A stretch of 64,000 bases of DNA from Escherichia phage vB_EcoM_11B_SA_NWU. Below the pieces are notes generated by a model. The model made no database searches, was not told the DNA's origin, and saw only the letters and a program-made list of their open reading frames with translations. Where the stretch lies: the sequence record OR062527, one strand, 5' to 3'. The translations under genes were made by a program, and so were the position numbers. This document shows, in pieces, positions 20,916 to 33,439 of the stretch. The stretch's first letter is position 1, and every line of letters begins with the position of its first letter.

Positions 20916-22375
20916 AAACCAGTTACCTCATGAAAATCGCCAAATACATCTTCGAACGTATTAGCTTTAGTTTTATCTTCACGTAAACGAATTGCAATTG
21001 GAAGAAATAGCTTAACGTAATCAGTACGTCCATCTAATTTTACCCAGCCGTTGCATTCGCACTCTAGAATTTTTCCAATATAATAATTTTGGTTTTCCAT
21101 AATGCGAGTACGGTCAAGTTCATGCGATTTTACGCCGGCTTTATCTTTTAAGCCTGAACCAGCATTTACTTTAATTTTTCCACACTCTGATTCAAGAATG
21201 AAACCACCTGCTTTAGTAGGGTCTTTACGGTGAGGATAAATTCCTACAATTTTTAAATCAACATCAATTACTTCTTTAAATTTATAAAGATTTTTTGAAC
21301 GAGCATTTTCCCATAATCCATCGATATTTTTGAGAATAATACCTTCAAGACCTTGGTCAATATACTTTTTGTAAATTACCTTAGCTTCATCTAGGTTATT
21401 TACTACTTGGTTTTCAATTAAAATTACTTTATCATAGCCTGATGTCATTTGTTCTAGTTTAGAAAAACGTACATCATATTTTAAACGAAACGCCGGAAGA
21501 CCGTATATTTCTACCAACGGAACATAATCCCAGACCTGAAACTTCATGCATTGAGCTTCTTTTTCTGAAATAGTTCCCTTTAAAGATTTATTAGCGATTC
21601 CATTAGAAGTAGTACGTGATTCAGCTACTTCGGCGAATTCTTTAGCTTTACTAATTTCAGGATAAGCATCAAAAAGAAAATCTAGGCCTTCTGGCTCCTT
21701 TTCAACTTGCTCATGGTATACCAATTCGCCATCAATTAACACACCTTCTGGATGAATCTGGCGAGCTTCTGCAGTCATTTTGATTAACTCTTCTTTGAGA
21801 AGATCTAATCCTAGATATTCATTACCAGCTCGTGATAAAAGACGAACATCATCTAATTCATCACCTCTGACTTCAGCAAAGCACCGAGCTCCATCAGCTT
21901 TTAATTGGGCAAAGGCTGGAAATTTGATATTCTTATTAATGCCTTTTTCATCATAAGAACTTGCCAGCATTTGAGGTTGTTCAGGAATTAAACCTGGCCA
22001 AACTTTATTTGCAATAGATACAGAAGCACCACATTCAAGGTCTCGCATCATTACTCGACGTAATACTTCAACATCATCTTTTTTACCATCGGTGATATAT
22101 CCGATTAATTCCTCAATTGCCGCATTTCCAGTCAATTTCCGAGTAGCTAACGTGAATTCAATGAAGTCAAGCATATCGGTAAGAGTCAACATTCCAAAAC
22201 TCTGGGTAGTAATACCCGGTTTAGGCCATTTCTTGATATAATACTGTAACCCACGAGAATAAGTCAGACGATATACTCGTTTAAGCAATTCATTATCTTT
22301 ATTCTTTTCAAGAATTGCTTGCTTCTGCTTAGTTGAACCAATAGATGCTATTTCGTTCAGAATTTTAAGAATCAT
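20912..22375 (-). CDS. 30: ATP-dependent DNA ligase gp30
   Basis: 487 aa; KADGAR adenylation motif; matches T4 DNA ligase from memory. Confidence 0.95.
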   Translation of the reverse strand: MILKILNEIASIGSTKQKQAILEKNKDNELLKRVYRLTYSRGLQYYIKKWPKPGITTQSFGMLTLTDMLDFIEFTLATRKLTGNAAIEELIGYITDGKKDDVEVLRRVMMRDLECGASVSIANKVWPGLIPEQPQMLASSYDEKGINKNIKFPAFAQLKADGARCFAEVRGDELDDVRLLSRAGNEYLGLDLLKEELIKMTAEARQIHPEGVLIDGELVYHEQVEKEPEGLDFLFDAYPEISKAKEFAEVAESRTTSNGIANKSLKGTISEKEAQCMKFQVWDYVPLVEIYGLPAFRLKYDVRFSKLEQMTSGYDKVILIENQVVNNLDEAKVIYKKYIDQGLEGIILKNIDGLWENARSKNLYKFKEVIDVDLKIVGIYPHRKDPTKAGGFILESECGKIKVNAGSGLKDKAGVKSHELDRTRIMENQNYYIGKILECECNGWVKLDGRTDYVKLFLPIAIRLREDKTKANTFEDVFGDFHEVTGL

Positions 22376-22641
22376 TGTTCATCCTTTAGAGTTTGGTTTA
22401 CAGCTCTATTATAAATCAATTCATCATTAAGCTCAGTCAAAGACCTGTGGTACGTGGTTCTAACTTTATTTCCTTGCATCCAGTGCTTGACGTAAATGAA
22501 ACCTTGCTCTACACATTTTTTAAAAATTCGTTCGTCTTTTTGAGCTCGGAATTCTGGATTGCATCTAAAAAATTGATTTACGTGACCGTAATCACGTGTA
22601 GTATTACCTTCATTTTCATAAATAGTGTGAACAACAAACAT
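22372..22641 (-). CDS. Hypothetical protein (30.1 position)
   Basis: 89-aa ORF, overlapping start/stop with neighbours. Confidence 0.6.
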   Translation of the reverse strand: MFVVHTIYENEGNTTRDYGHVNQFFRCNPEFRAQKDERIFKKCVEQGFIYVKHWMQGNKVRTTYHRSLTELNDELIYNRAVNQTLKDEQ

Positions 22642-23477
22642 CAGAATGCTCCTTGGAAAATATTATCACCACTAGTAGGTCTATTATACAAATACTCTAT
22701 GCCACCGGGTTTAATATAGTTCCATGTCTGAAACGGATGCGTCTGATATGGATGATATAGATTATAAGGATTAAATCCAGGAGTTCTCCAGGTAGTGTTC
22801 CAAGGAAAAGAATCATTTTTAATCATCTTTTCAATTACATCTTTTATAGCTTTTTCACTATCAAAACTTTCTTTATTTTCATTCGATGGAAAAAGCTTAT
22901 TCTCTACATCATTCCATGTATAAACTCGCTGTGCAGTTTTTGGAATACTGTCACGCTCCCCTCGAGCCATCCAATAAACAGGAACATTTAATATTTCACT
23001 CGCATGATCGCAGTGGTGAGCGAGATCGTCAATATAACAAATTACGTTATATTTCTCTTTTGCCTTTTTGAACAACTCTTCTTTTGAAGAATCATGACCA
23101 CACATCAATACTTCTGAGAAGGCACCAGGAAAAAGAGCATTCAAATTAAATTGACGATTCAGCAGAGCGTCAATAGAATCACCCAGTGCTGTAACAGCTA
23201 CAAAATTATAATCTTCTTTTAATTTGTTAATTACACACAGGGCATCTTTATATGGAGACAAGTAACGAATAAAATCTGAACGATTGTATTTTTCAATTAA
23301 CTTGACACCAAGTTCTTCATCACAATTAAAAAGTTTACCAGGTGAAATAAATTTTTCGTCCTGAATCATTTTTAAAATATGTTCTAATGGAAGATTATAT
23401 TTTTGGGCAAAATAAGGAAGGCCTGATTGCCAGCTTAAACATACTCCATCAATATCAGTTAAAATAGTAGGCTTCAT
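22641..23477 (-). CDS. HAD-superfamily hydrolase-like protein (30.2 position)
   Basis: 278 aa; N-terminal LTDIDGV resembles HAD motif I (DxDG). Confidence 0.6.
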   Translation of the reverse strand: MKPTILTDIDGVCLSWQSGLPYFAQKYNLPLEHILKMIQDEKFISPGKLFNCDEELGVKLIEKYNRSDFIRYLSPYKDALCVINKLKEDYNFVAVTALGDSIDALLNRQFNLNALFPGAFSEVLMCGHDSSKEELFKKAKEKYNVICYIDDLAHHCDHASEILNVPVYWMARGERDSIPKTAQRVYTWNDVENKLFPSNENKESFDSEKAIKDVIEKMIKNDSFPWNTTWRTPGFNPYNLYHPYQTHPFQTWNYIKPGGIEYLYNRPTSGDNIFQGAF

Positions 23478-23938
23478 AGAGAGTCTCTTAATAGGTTTAA
23501 CACATCAATAAATTCAGCTTCGGTTAGTATTGTATCATCTTTTGTTAGACCACTAGCCATGCTGTGCTTCAAAACTTTTCCTTTCGAGGCTTGTAATGCA
23601 TCACGAAACCCCTTGTTTTGAATCGCTGCTTCAAAATATGCATTTGTATACAATTCTTTCCACGCTGGGGAGTATCTTGAAAATGGAACTCCGAGCCAGA
23701 AGAGGGTCCCACGGTCCGCAGCTCTTGCATAAGACCTTCCAGCTTGTTGGGCGGCAAGCCCGGATAACCCAAATATACGTCTTTGCTGCTCAACATTTTT
23801 CACCTTGCATCCTTGGAGGAATCCTTCAAGACCTCCGAATTGAATACCATCCATGACGAAAGGCCATTGGGCGAAATTACTTAATGCGCATGATGGCCAT
23901 CTAAAATTGCTTCTAATCTCTAACTCAGACATTTTCAA
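23474..23938 (-). CDS. NADAR/YbiA-like (DUF1768) protein (30.3 position)
   Basis: 154 aa; motif LSNFAQWPFVMDG resembles the YbiA/NADAR signature FSNFAAWP..DG. Confidence 0.55.
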   Translation of the reverse strand: MKMSELEIRSNFRWPSCALSNFAQWPFVMDGIQFGGLEGFLQGCKVKNVEQQRRIFGLSGLAAQQAGRSYARAADRGTLFWLGVPFSRYSPAWKELYTNAYFEAAIQNKGFRDALQASKGKVLKHSMASGLTKDDTILTEAEFIDVLNLLRDSL

Positions 23939-24131
23939 TACTTATAATTTCAACATCAGCCCAATGACCATAGCAAGGAAGACGAAATTCAACTGGCCAG
24001 TTAGGGTCCTTTTCTAATATAATAGACTTAACTTGTGGTTCTTCATGTTCATCAGTATATGGATTTTTATCTGTTACTTTATATGTGACCTTAATGTATT
24101 GAATTCCAAAAATCTTATTAATTATATTCAT
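23925..24131 (-). CDS. Hypothetical small protein
   Basis: 68-aa ORF in 30.x operon. Confidence 0.5.
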   Translation of the reverse strand: MNIINKIFGIQYIKVTYKVTDKNPYTDEHEEPQVKSIILEKDPNWPVEFRLPCYGHWADVEIISIENV

Positions 24132-24325
24132 ACTAATTCCTTTAATCCGTAAATAGGAGACAATTCATCACCCATACGAAGGTCTTCATTTCCATCTACC
24201 CAGGAAACAATATAAGCCTCTTTTATTTGAACACCACTCCATTTAAATGGAGGTAGAACCTTAGAAATTAATCCAGGTATACCAACTCCCTTTAATTCAA
24301 CAGTTTGACCTAAAAAGAATTTCAT
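24128..24325 (-). CDS. Hypothetical small protein
   Basis: 65-aa ORF, ATGA overlap. Confidence 0.5.
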   Translation of the reverse strand: MKFFLGQTVELKGVGIPGLISKVLPPFKWSGVQIKEAYIVSWVDGNEDLRMGDELSPIYGLKELV

Positions 24326-24612
24326 TAGAACCTCATCTGAAAACCATGCGATTTAACATTACCGCCGCCAATATCAGAAATATTAATTTCACGCGCAATC
24401 GAAGGATCGATGTCAATTTCACGATTAAGTTTAGCGATAGCTAAAGTATCACGCCCATTTACAGTACGGAACTCTAAAGGACAAACCACATCAACGTAAT
24501 TTTTAATCGATTCACTAGTAGGCTGCAAATGAGCAGGAAGGTCTTTAGGCGCCTTTGAGAAAACCACTTCACAAAAATTTTTGCGGGTGTCAAAATAAGT
24601 AGTCATAAACAT
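24325..24612 (-). CDS. Hypothetical small protein
   Basis: 95-aa ORF; GC hairpin at 24629-24644 upstream. Confidence 0.5.
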   Translation of the reverse strand: MFMTTYFDTRKNFCEVVFSKAPKDLPAHLQPTSESIKNYVDVVCPLEFRTVNGRDTLAIAKLNREIDIDPSIAREINISDIGGGNVKSHGFQMRF

Positions 24613-24653
24613 AATATTTTCCTCAGTAAGGGGCCAAAGCCCCTCATTTTATT

Positions 24654-25019
24654 TTAAATATCAAATTCATTAAGAACTACATCAAAGATTGCTTCAAGAT
24701 GCTCAGGTTTAGCTCTGTTACTCAGAATATGACGAATCCAAGTTTTAACCAAAAGCTTGCGATTAGCACCATTCCAGCAAGGATGAGTCCCTAAATCGCG
24801 TTGACGAAAATCATCATCCAGAGCGATTTTAAAGTTGGAACCTTCCATTGTGATTGAAACCGTGATGCCATTTTCAAATCGCATATAAACGTAGTTAGGA
24901 GTCATATACTGTTCAATTTCGCATACTGATCCATTTTGATGTTTCCAAAGGCAAATAGTATCAATAGAACCTGCAATACCATTAGAAACATATTTACGTT
25001 CAAAGTTGATGTAGTTCAT
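24654..25019 (-). CDS. Hypothetical protein
   Basis: 121-aa ORF with promoter motif upstream. Confidence 0.55.
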   Translation of the reverse strand: MNYINFERKYVSNGIAGSIDTICLWKHQNGSVCEIEQYMTPNYVYMRFENGITVSITMEGSNFKIALDDDFRQRDLGTHPCWNGANRKLLVKTWIRHILSNRAKPEHLEAIFDVVLNEFDI

Positions 25020-25054
25020 TTTTATTCTCCGAGATGTTTAATTGCGGTACAGGT

Positions 25055-25086
25055 ATATAATATCATATCCTGTACCAAAGTAAACA
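25055..25086 (-). promoter_or_regulatory. Early promoter GTTTAC-17-TATTAT (minus strand)
   Basis: Reverse complement gtttactttggtacaggatatgatattat. Confidence 0.5.
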
Positions 25087-25087
25087 A

Positions 25088-25420
25088 TTATTTTACTACT
25101 TTCCAGTGTTGCATGTCAAGTTTACCGACTTTTTTCATCTTCTCAATTAAGCGTTCGGCACGTTGGCGAGCTGTAACATAATGCCATTCGCCTAATTCAT
25201 TTTGTTCAATTTTTCCAACGATTACTGTATTCAATTCATAAATCCAACCAGTAAAGAAATTATGAACTTGAATTGTAAAGGTGAAATCTGTTCCCATACC
25301 TTCTGTTGTTTCTACTTCAATAATATCACCTTCAACTGCCATTAAGAACCACATAGTTTCGTTATATTCACCATTGAAGCATTTAGCTTTAACTGCAGCG
25401 TTCAGATTAATCGTTTTCAT
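25088..25420 (-). CDS. Hypothetical protein
   Basis: 110-aa ORF. Confidence 0.55.
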   Translation of the reverse strand: MKTINLNAAVKAKCFNGEYNETMWFLMAVEGDIIEVETTEGMGTDFTFTIQVHNFFTGWIYELNTVIVGKIEQNELGEWHYVTARQRAERLIEKMKKVGKLDMQHWKVVK

Positions 25421-25444
25421 TTTATTCTCCTTTGTTTGTGTAAA

Positions 25445-25478
25445 ATAATACTATCACAAAGGAACCATACTGTAAACA
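25445..25478 (-). promoter_or_regulatory. Early promoter GTTTACA-17-TAGTAT (minus strand)
   Basis: Reverse complement gtttacagtatggttcctttgtgatagtat. Confidence 0.5.
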
Positions 25479-25500
25479 ACTTTGTGCAATCTTTGGAAAA

Positions 25501-25530
25501 TAAAAAAGGACTCCCGAAGGAGTCCTCAAC
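25501..25530 (-). terminator. Intrinsic terminator: aggactcc-ttcg-ggagtcct then U-run (minus strand)
   Basis: Perfect hairpin 25508-25527 followed on minus strand by ttttttat. Confidence 0.65.
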
Positions 25531-25707
25531 TTATGCTTTCTGCTTACCAAAACGAGAAGCATCATCTCGAAGAACCGCACGTGCTCGGCGCATGATCTTC
25601 TCAACAGTTTGATTGATACGAGAGTTCGACCCACGCTTGTAGCCAGCGCGTTTAGAATCACCAACTTTCTTTTCAACTGCTTTCTTTGCTTTAACTTGTT
25701 TTGCCAT
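25531..25707 (-). CDS. Small basic protein (start at internal Met of ORF 25531..25749)
   Basis: MAKQVKAKKAVEKK... lysine-rich 58 aa. Confidence 0.45.
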   Translation of the reverse strand: MAKQVKAKKAVEKKVGDSKRAGYKRGSNSRINQTVEKIMRRARAVLRDDASRFGKQKA

Positions 25708-25952
25708 TATAAATTCTCTTTTAAATGAAAATGCAGGACTTATTGGCATTGCCTGCGCAAGCCCTCAAGGGGAACATAGGTTTTTGGGTATTTAACGACC
25801 AGGATAACCATAAACCCGTCATCATTCACATTCAAGAGGTACACCATAAAACTGCCGGGGTCTTAAAACTATAATGATTCGCAAATCATTAATCAGACAG
25901 TTCGATGGCTCCTCGATTTTAGCTCACACTAAGGCAGTGAATCTCCAATAAA

Positions 25953-26201
25953 TTACTTCAATGTTACCACAAAGTGACGAACTGCTTTTCGCGCAGCAGA
26001 AGCCAGAGGCTTAGCATACTTAAGTTCATCTTTTTCCTGAAGCTCAGCAGCTAATGCAGTTTGAGCAGGATTCAAATGTTTGAAATAACGCAGGATTTCA
26101 AGAGCTTCGGCTTCAACATCAATAGATGCGCCATAGTTTTCGTGACCATTATTCCATGCGTTTCGTTGCAGTTCAAGAGCGTGTTGTAATTGTTTAATCA
26201 T
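25953..26201 (-). CDS. rIII: rIII lysis inhibition accessory protein
   Basis: 82 aa, matches T4 RIII from memory. Confidence 0.85.
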   Translation of the reverse strand: MIKQLQHALELQRNAWNNGHENYGASIDVEAEALEILRYFKHLNPAQTALAAELQEKDELKYAKPLASAARKAVRHFVVTLK

Positions 26202-26348
26202 TTAAAAATTCTCGTTAGAGATTAAAACTCGGTAGTCACGTTCTTCTGAATTTCATCTTCTTTCGACAGATCTCTCAGTTGTAGACTACCACGTAGAATT
26301 GTTCGGTTAACTTATTATTCCGACACCCAATTCATATTATTATTTATA

Positions 26349-26684
26349 TCACTTATAAAGACACGGAATAGCTTTATAGTGACAAGTAACGAATTTTTGT
26401 TTAATTTCTTTTGGCTGCTTAAGACCCAGAGCTACAAAAGGATGCGGAACATTTCGAATTTGACCAACTGGAAGAGAAGTCAAATCACCGACTTCGCAGA
26501 AACCTTCAGGAACATCAGGACCAACAGAGTGAACTACACACAGTTCAGGAACTTCACCTTGGACACGTTTACCAATAATAAGTCCTGATTCTGTAACTTC
26601 TTCATCACCGGCTTGCGCAGGTTCAGAAACTAAAATAACATATTCACCGACAGCACGAATTGGTAGCTGTTGTACTTCAGACAT
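26349..26684 (-). CDS. 31: gp31 co-chaperonin (GroES analogue)
   Basis: 111 aa, matches T4 gp31. Confidence 0.92.
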
Positions 26685-26740
26685 CGTTTTTCCTTTTTGT
26701 TAACAGATGAATTAATAATAACAAATAATTCTTAAAGCAT

Positions 26741-27049
26741 TTATTTACCAATAAATTGAAGTAAATGCTCAACTTTCATACCATTAACAGAAATCAATTT
26801 GTCAATAGAAAAACCTCGCCATGCACCGAGTTCAACATCAAATATCGGAATCATATCAGTAGATTCTTTCCGAGTAGATTCAGTCAATTTACCGGTTTGC
26901 ATAGTTGGCATAAAGTCAGCATCACGAGTGCCTTTCATAGTACGAATAGTACCATCAGACTTTTCAAAAACCACGTTTGAAATACCCATGGACAATTTAG
27001 TTTTCAAAATTTCACGAATTGCTACTTTCTGTTCAGTTGTCAATTTCAT
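26741..27049 (-). CDS. Hypothetical protein (31.1 position)
   Basis: 102-aa ORF. Confidence 0.55.
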   Translation of the reverse strand: MKLTTEQKVAIREILKTKLSMGISNVVFEKSDGTIRTMKGTRDADFMPTMQTGKLTESTRKESTDMIPIFDVELGAWRGFSIDKLISVNGMKVEHLLQFIGK

Positions 27050-27286
27050 TTATTTACCTATTACAGTTTTAATATGGGTTGTTCCACGTTCTTTAAGAGT
27101 GGAAAGCAATTTTTGGCATTTTTCTAAATCAGATTTCCAACTATACGGTCTATCAATACAAACCCATTCTGACTTATAATACTGCTTCCATTTAGAGAAA
27201 AAATATTTCTTATACTCTACAGCAAATGAAATGTTCTCGTTAGAATAAGAACTAATTGCTGTGAGCTGTACCAAACGAAATTTCAT
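27050..27286 (-). CDS. Hypothetical protein (31.2 position)
   Basis: 78-aa ORF abutting cd. Confidence 0.5.
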   Translation of the reverse strand: MKFRLVQLTAISSYSNENISFAVEYKKYFFSKWKQYYKSEWVCIDRPYSWKSDLEKCQKLLSTLKERGTTHIKTVIGK

Positions 27287-27867
27287 TATTCACCACAGAA
27301 TTCGTTGATATTTTCCCAATTTAACTTATTTAAGTTTTTCTTAGGAACATTAAACACTTCAATACCCGCATTTCGCAGAATATCATCCCAGCCAGGTTTA
27401 TTTTTATCGTATGTTTCGCAATAAACCAACTTTTTAATTCCAGATTGAGCTATCGCTTTTGCACAATCTGGGCAAGGAGAAAGTGTTACATACATAGTAG
27501 CACCTTCAATTGAAGAACCATTTCGCGCAGCAAACAAAATCGCATTTAGTTCAGCATGAATTTCATTTTTAGACGACCATTCAGAGTGAGCGCTACGGTG
27601 TTCTTTCGCCAAGACAAAGCGATCAGTTGAACCAAATGATACGCATTCAGGCTTATGGCCTTGAATGATAGTGTGTTTAGGCTTATTCAACAACCAACCT
27701 TGCTCAGCAGCATAATCACAACAGTTCACACCTCCTGCGGGTGAACCATTATATCCGGTAGAAATAATACGTCCATTCTTTTCAATTACTGCTCCTACCT
27801 TCCAGGAGCAACATTTTGATTCTTGTGATACTAAATATGCAATTTGAAGTACTGTACTCGCTTTCAT
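27286..27867 (-). CDS. cd: dCMP deaminase
   Basis: 193 aa; zinc-binding HAELNA and SPCPDC motifs. Confidence 0.93.
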   Translation of the reverse strand: MKASTVLQIAYLVSQESKCCSWKVGAVIEKNGRIISTGYNGSPAGGVNCCDYAAEQGWLLNKPKHTIIQGHKPECVSFGSTDRFVLAKEHRSAHSEWSSKNEIHAELNAILFAARNGSSIEGATMYVTLSPCPDCAKAIAQSGIKKLVYCETYDKNKPGWDDILRNAGIEVFNVPKKNLNKLNWENINEFCGE

Positions 27868-28202
27868 TTCATAATCACCAGATAAGCAGATTTAGCAGTT
27901 TCAACACGATAAATTTCGTGACGAAGTTTAGTTATACTTTTAATAACAGAACTAATTATATTCTGCCCATCTTTAAAGCGGTTTTTCTTGTCAATAAAAA
28001 TTGCGCCAACCATCTTTTTGTGAAGCTCAACTGGATACTTCGTCACAATAATAGCATCATATACAGAAGGATGAATACTATTTACTAGAGTGTCATTCAT
28101 TAAAGTTATTCTAATGAACTGAGCTGTTTCAGAATCAAGCGCTCTATGATCGCCAGTATCATTTTCAAGACAATTATCAATTATATCAGTTAAATTCATC
28201 AT
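27864..28202 (-). CDS. Hypothetical protein (cd.1 position)
   Basis: 112-aa ORF. Confidence 0.5.
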   Translation of the reverse strand: MMNLTDIIDNCLENDTGDHRALDSETAQFIRITLMNDTLVNSIHPSVYDAIIVTKYPVELHKKMVGAIFIDKKNRFKDGQNIISSVIKSITKLRHEIYRVETAKSAYLVIMK

Positions 28203-28438
28203 AGTACGCCATACACCCTTTGTGCTTCAACTAATCCATCAAAATCCAATTTGAGATGTGTTATTTGATCACCATCACCTGGATTCACAATTACTAATAC
28301 TGAACGAGGAGTTTCGGTAATAACACGAACCGATGTTTCAGGAAATCGTTCAGAAACCTTATTTACCAATTCCTGTGCAAATATCTTAACTTTTTCTTGG
28401 AATTCTTTAACAGTAATCGGTTTTTCACTTAGCAGCAT
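28199..28438 (-). CDS. Hypothetical protein (cd.2 position; start at internal Met with SD gaggaaaa)
   Basis: Promoter motif lies inside the longer ORF-track call, so downstream Met preferred. Confidence 0.45.
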   Translation of the reverse strand: MLLSEKPITVKEFQEKVKIFAQELVNKVSERFPETSVRVITETPRSVLVIVNPGDGDQITHLKLDFDGLVEAQRVYGVL

Positions 28439-28465
28439 TTTGTTTTCCTCATTTGTTTGGTAGAG

Positions 28466-28498
28466 CCATAATATCACAACTCTACCAAAAAGTAAACT
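28466..28498 (-). promoter_or_regulatory. Early promoter-like GTTTAC-17-ATATTAT (minus strand)
   Basis: Reverse complement gtttactttttggtagagttgtgatattat. Confidence 0.4.
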
Positions 28499-28499
28499 A

Positions 28500-28781
28500 T
28501 TAAATTGCCTTGAATTCTGATGTCTGTGATTCAAAGCGAATATCGCCTTTGATGACTAGCTCAGCATCAAGACCAAATACGACAATGATATGCGCGGAAC
28601 CCGGATACAGCGTAATTGCAATAGAATCCACCTGGTCTGGAAGCAAAGTATTCAATACATGAGTCACTTGAGCATGAATTCGAAGCTCGGCTGCGTTATC
28701 AAGCTTTTCAAACATATTATTAGCGATAATTTGACTAAACACTACTTCTACGATTTTAGAATAAGTCGGAAACATATTCAC
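28500..28781 (-). CDS. Hypothetical protein (cd.3 position)
   Basis: 93-aa ORF. Confidence 0.5.
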   Translation of the reverse strand: MNMFPTYSKIVEVVFSQIIANNMFEKLDNAAELRIHAQVTHVLNTLLPDQVDSIAITLYPGSAHIIVVFGLDAELVIKGDIRFESQTSEFKAI

Positions 28782-28970
28782 CTCACATAATTTTCTTCAA
28801 GCCAATTAATAACATCCAACGCATTATCAAAAGTTGAACCATCTACTATTTCTTCTGTTTCATAATCAAGAATATCTAAGTCTACTCTTCCATCAACAAT
28901 AGGCCATAAACAAAATAGATATTTCTTTTCTTTTTCAATTTTATCACAAAGTTGATAAATCTTTTCTATG

Positions 28971-28978
<8 letters not shown>
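28778..28978 (-). CDS. Hypothetical protein (cd.4 position)
   Basis: 66-aa ORF. Confidence 0.5.
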
Positions 28979-30389
<1,411 letters not shown>

Positions 30390-30393
<4 letters not shown>

Positions 30394-30620
30394 TTATTTT
30401 TCTCAACTAATGATTGAATATAATCATGCAGATCTTTAGACGCCTTAGCCCAATTATTTTGATATTCATTTTTAAGATTAGCACGTGATTGAGCTAATAA
30501 AACATCATTAGTTGGAGGTAAAGATTCTAACCGCTGAATCTGGCGTCCGTAAATCATTGCAGCCATCTCGGATTCATAAATCAATCCTTTGAGATGTTCA
30601 AATTGATGCCATGAAATCAT
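30390..30620 (-). CDS. Hypothetical protein
   Basis: 76-aa ORF. Confidence 0.5.
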
Positions 30621-30916
30621 TTACATTTATCCTCTTTTAACTCTTGACGATAATAACATATCATAGTTTTTTGATCATGTACATATCGTTTTACATCATT
30701 AAGCCAAATACGAAATTCCTGGGAATCTTCAAATGGCATACCGACCCAAGCTTTACCATCAATAACTTTAACTTGCCAAGATAGTTTAGCTTCGTCATAT
30801 GACTTTATTTGTACAGGCCAATTAGGATGAACTGTTTCTTTCTTTACTTCTAGAGGCTTTGTCGAACAACCAACTAGAAGACCAATAGATAATATTACTG
30901 CTGATAGTTTAATCAT
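30617..30916 (-). CDS. Outer-membrane spanin (o-spanin) lipoprotein
   Basis: Lipobox LLVGC at N-terminus, overlaps upstream i-spanin by 4 nt. Confidence 0.7.
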   Translation of the reverse strand: MIKLSAVILSIGLLVGCSTKPLEVKKETVHPNWPVQIKSYDEAKLSWQVKVIDGKAWVGMPFEDSQEFRIWLNDVKRYVHDQKTMICYYRQELKEDKCK

Positions 30917-31266
30917 TTAGAAAGGTCCTGGATGTCTTCTGCGAACTTGTTGAAGGAGTTGTTGATTTGTTTTTCAACCAATCCTGGCTTACGAGCCACC
31001 ACATCCGCCTTCTTTGCGTCTTTGCGCAGCTTTTCATTTTCACGCTCAATAGCAGCAATTGCCTCACGATTTTTATTATTCATCGCGTCAATATAATTAT
31101 ACTGAATTCGCAAATTATTTAATGCTAAGGCGTTTTCATTGGCCGTTTTTGTAATTTCAGTAACTGATGTTTCTAATCTTTCTACCTTATTTTTTAAAAT
31201 AATAGATGTTCCGCCTAATGCTATTACAATTAATAGCAAACCTGCTGTAGTATTACTTAATTGCAT
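30913..31266 (-). CDS. Inner-membrane spanin (i-spanin)
   Basis: N-terminal TM helix then coiled-coil-like region; precedes lipoprotein gene. Confidence 0.65.
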   Translation of the reverse strand: MQLSNTTAGLLLIVIALGGTSIILKNKVERLETSVTEITKTANENALALNNLRIQYNYIDAMNNKNREAIAAIERENEKLRKDAKKADVVARKPGLVEKQINNSFNKFAEDIQDLSK

Positions 31267-31760
31267 AAAGTTTTAATAACCTCTACAATATCATCTTGAG
31301 AAAGACCGTTAATTAAAATATGATGTTCAGCCGGAGATTTAGAAATTTTAAAGCATGCCTCAACATCTTCTGCCATATCCGATGCACTACGATTTGGATT
31401 ACTAATTCCAAGACGATGCTTTCCAGTCAAAGGATTAACGATGATATAGCATTTACAGCTATTGATATGAACATTGGGCTGAGTCTGATTAATGAACACT
31501 TCGCACTCATACTTAGCGAGTTGATTTTCTAAAAAGACTTTCATCTCTTCAACCGCATCAGGAAGCATATCGCGGGCTTGCTCAAGACGACGATTTCGAT
31601 ATTCTTTAATGGTAGTTTTCCGCTTGACTTGCTTAGCTAAATCTTTCTTAAGATCGGTGATATATCCAACTCGACGATTTCCTTTGAATACAGAAATCCC
31701 ATCTGTAGTATCACCGTATGCTTCAACGACCATCTCAGTAGTAATAAGCTGCAAATCCAT
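31257..31760 (-). CDS. alc: Alc, host transcription elongation inhibitor
   Basis: 167 aa, matches T4 Alc from memory. Confidence 0.9.
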   Translation of the reverse strand: MDLQLITTEMVVEAYGDTTDGISVFKGNRRVGYITDLKKDLAKQVKRKTTIKEYRNRRLEQARDMLPDAVEEMKVFLENQLAKYECEVFINQTQPNVHINSCKCYIIVNPLTGKHRLGISNPNRSASDMAEDVEACFKISKSPAEHHILINGLSQDDIVEVIKTLCN

Positions 31761-31789
31761 TATAAAGTCCTCATGTTATGTCAGTAAGA

Positions 31790-31822
31790 TTATTATAACA
31801 CAACACGAGGGACTTGTAAACA
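31790..31822 (-). promoter_or_regulatory. Early promoter TTTACA-17-TATAAT (minus strand) upstream of alc
   Basis: Reverse complement gtttacaagtccctcgtgttgtgttataat; near-duplicate of 16486..16520. Confidence 0.55.
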
Positions 31823-31824
31823 GC

Positions 31825-33412
<1,588 letters not shown>

Positions 33413-33439
33413 AATAAAATGGGCCTTGCGGCCCACTCC

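Noticed and set aside
25422-25676. 84-aa ORF overlapping the small basic gene in another frame
   Set aside because: No Shine-Dalgarno, overlaps a terminator hairpin and a better-supported lysine-rich ORF; likely non-coding.
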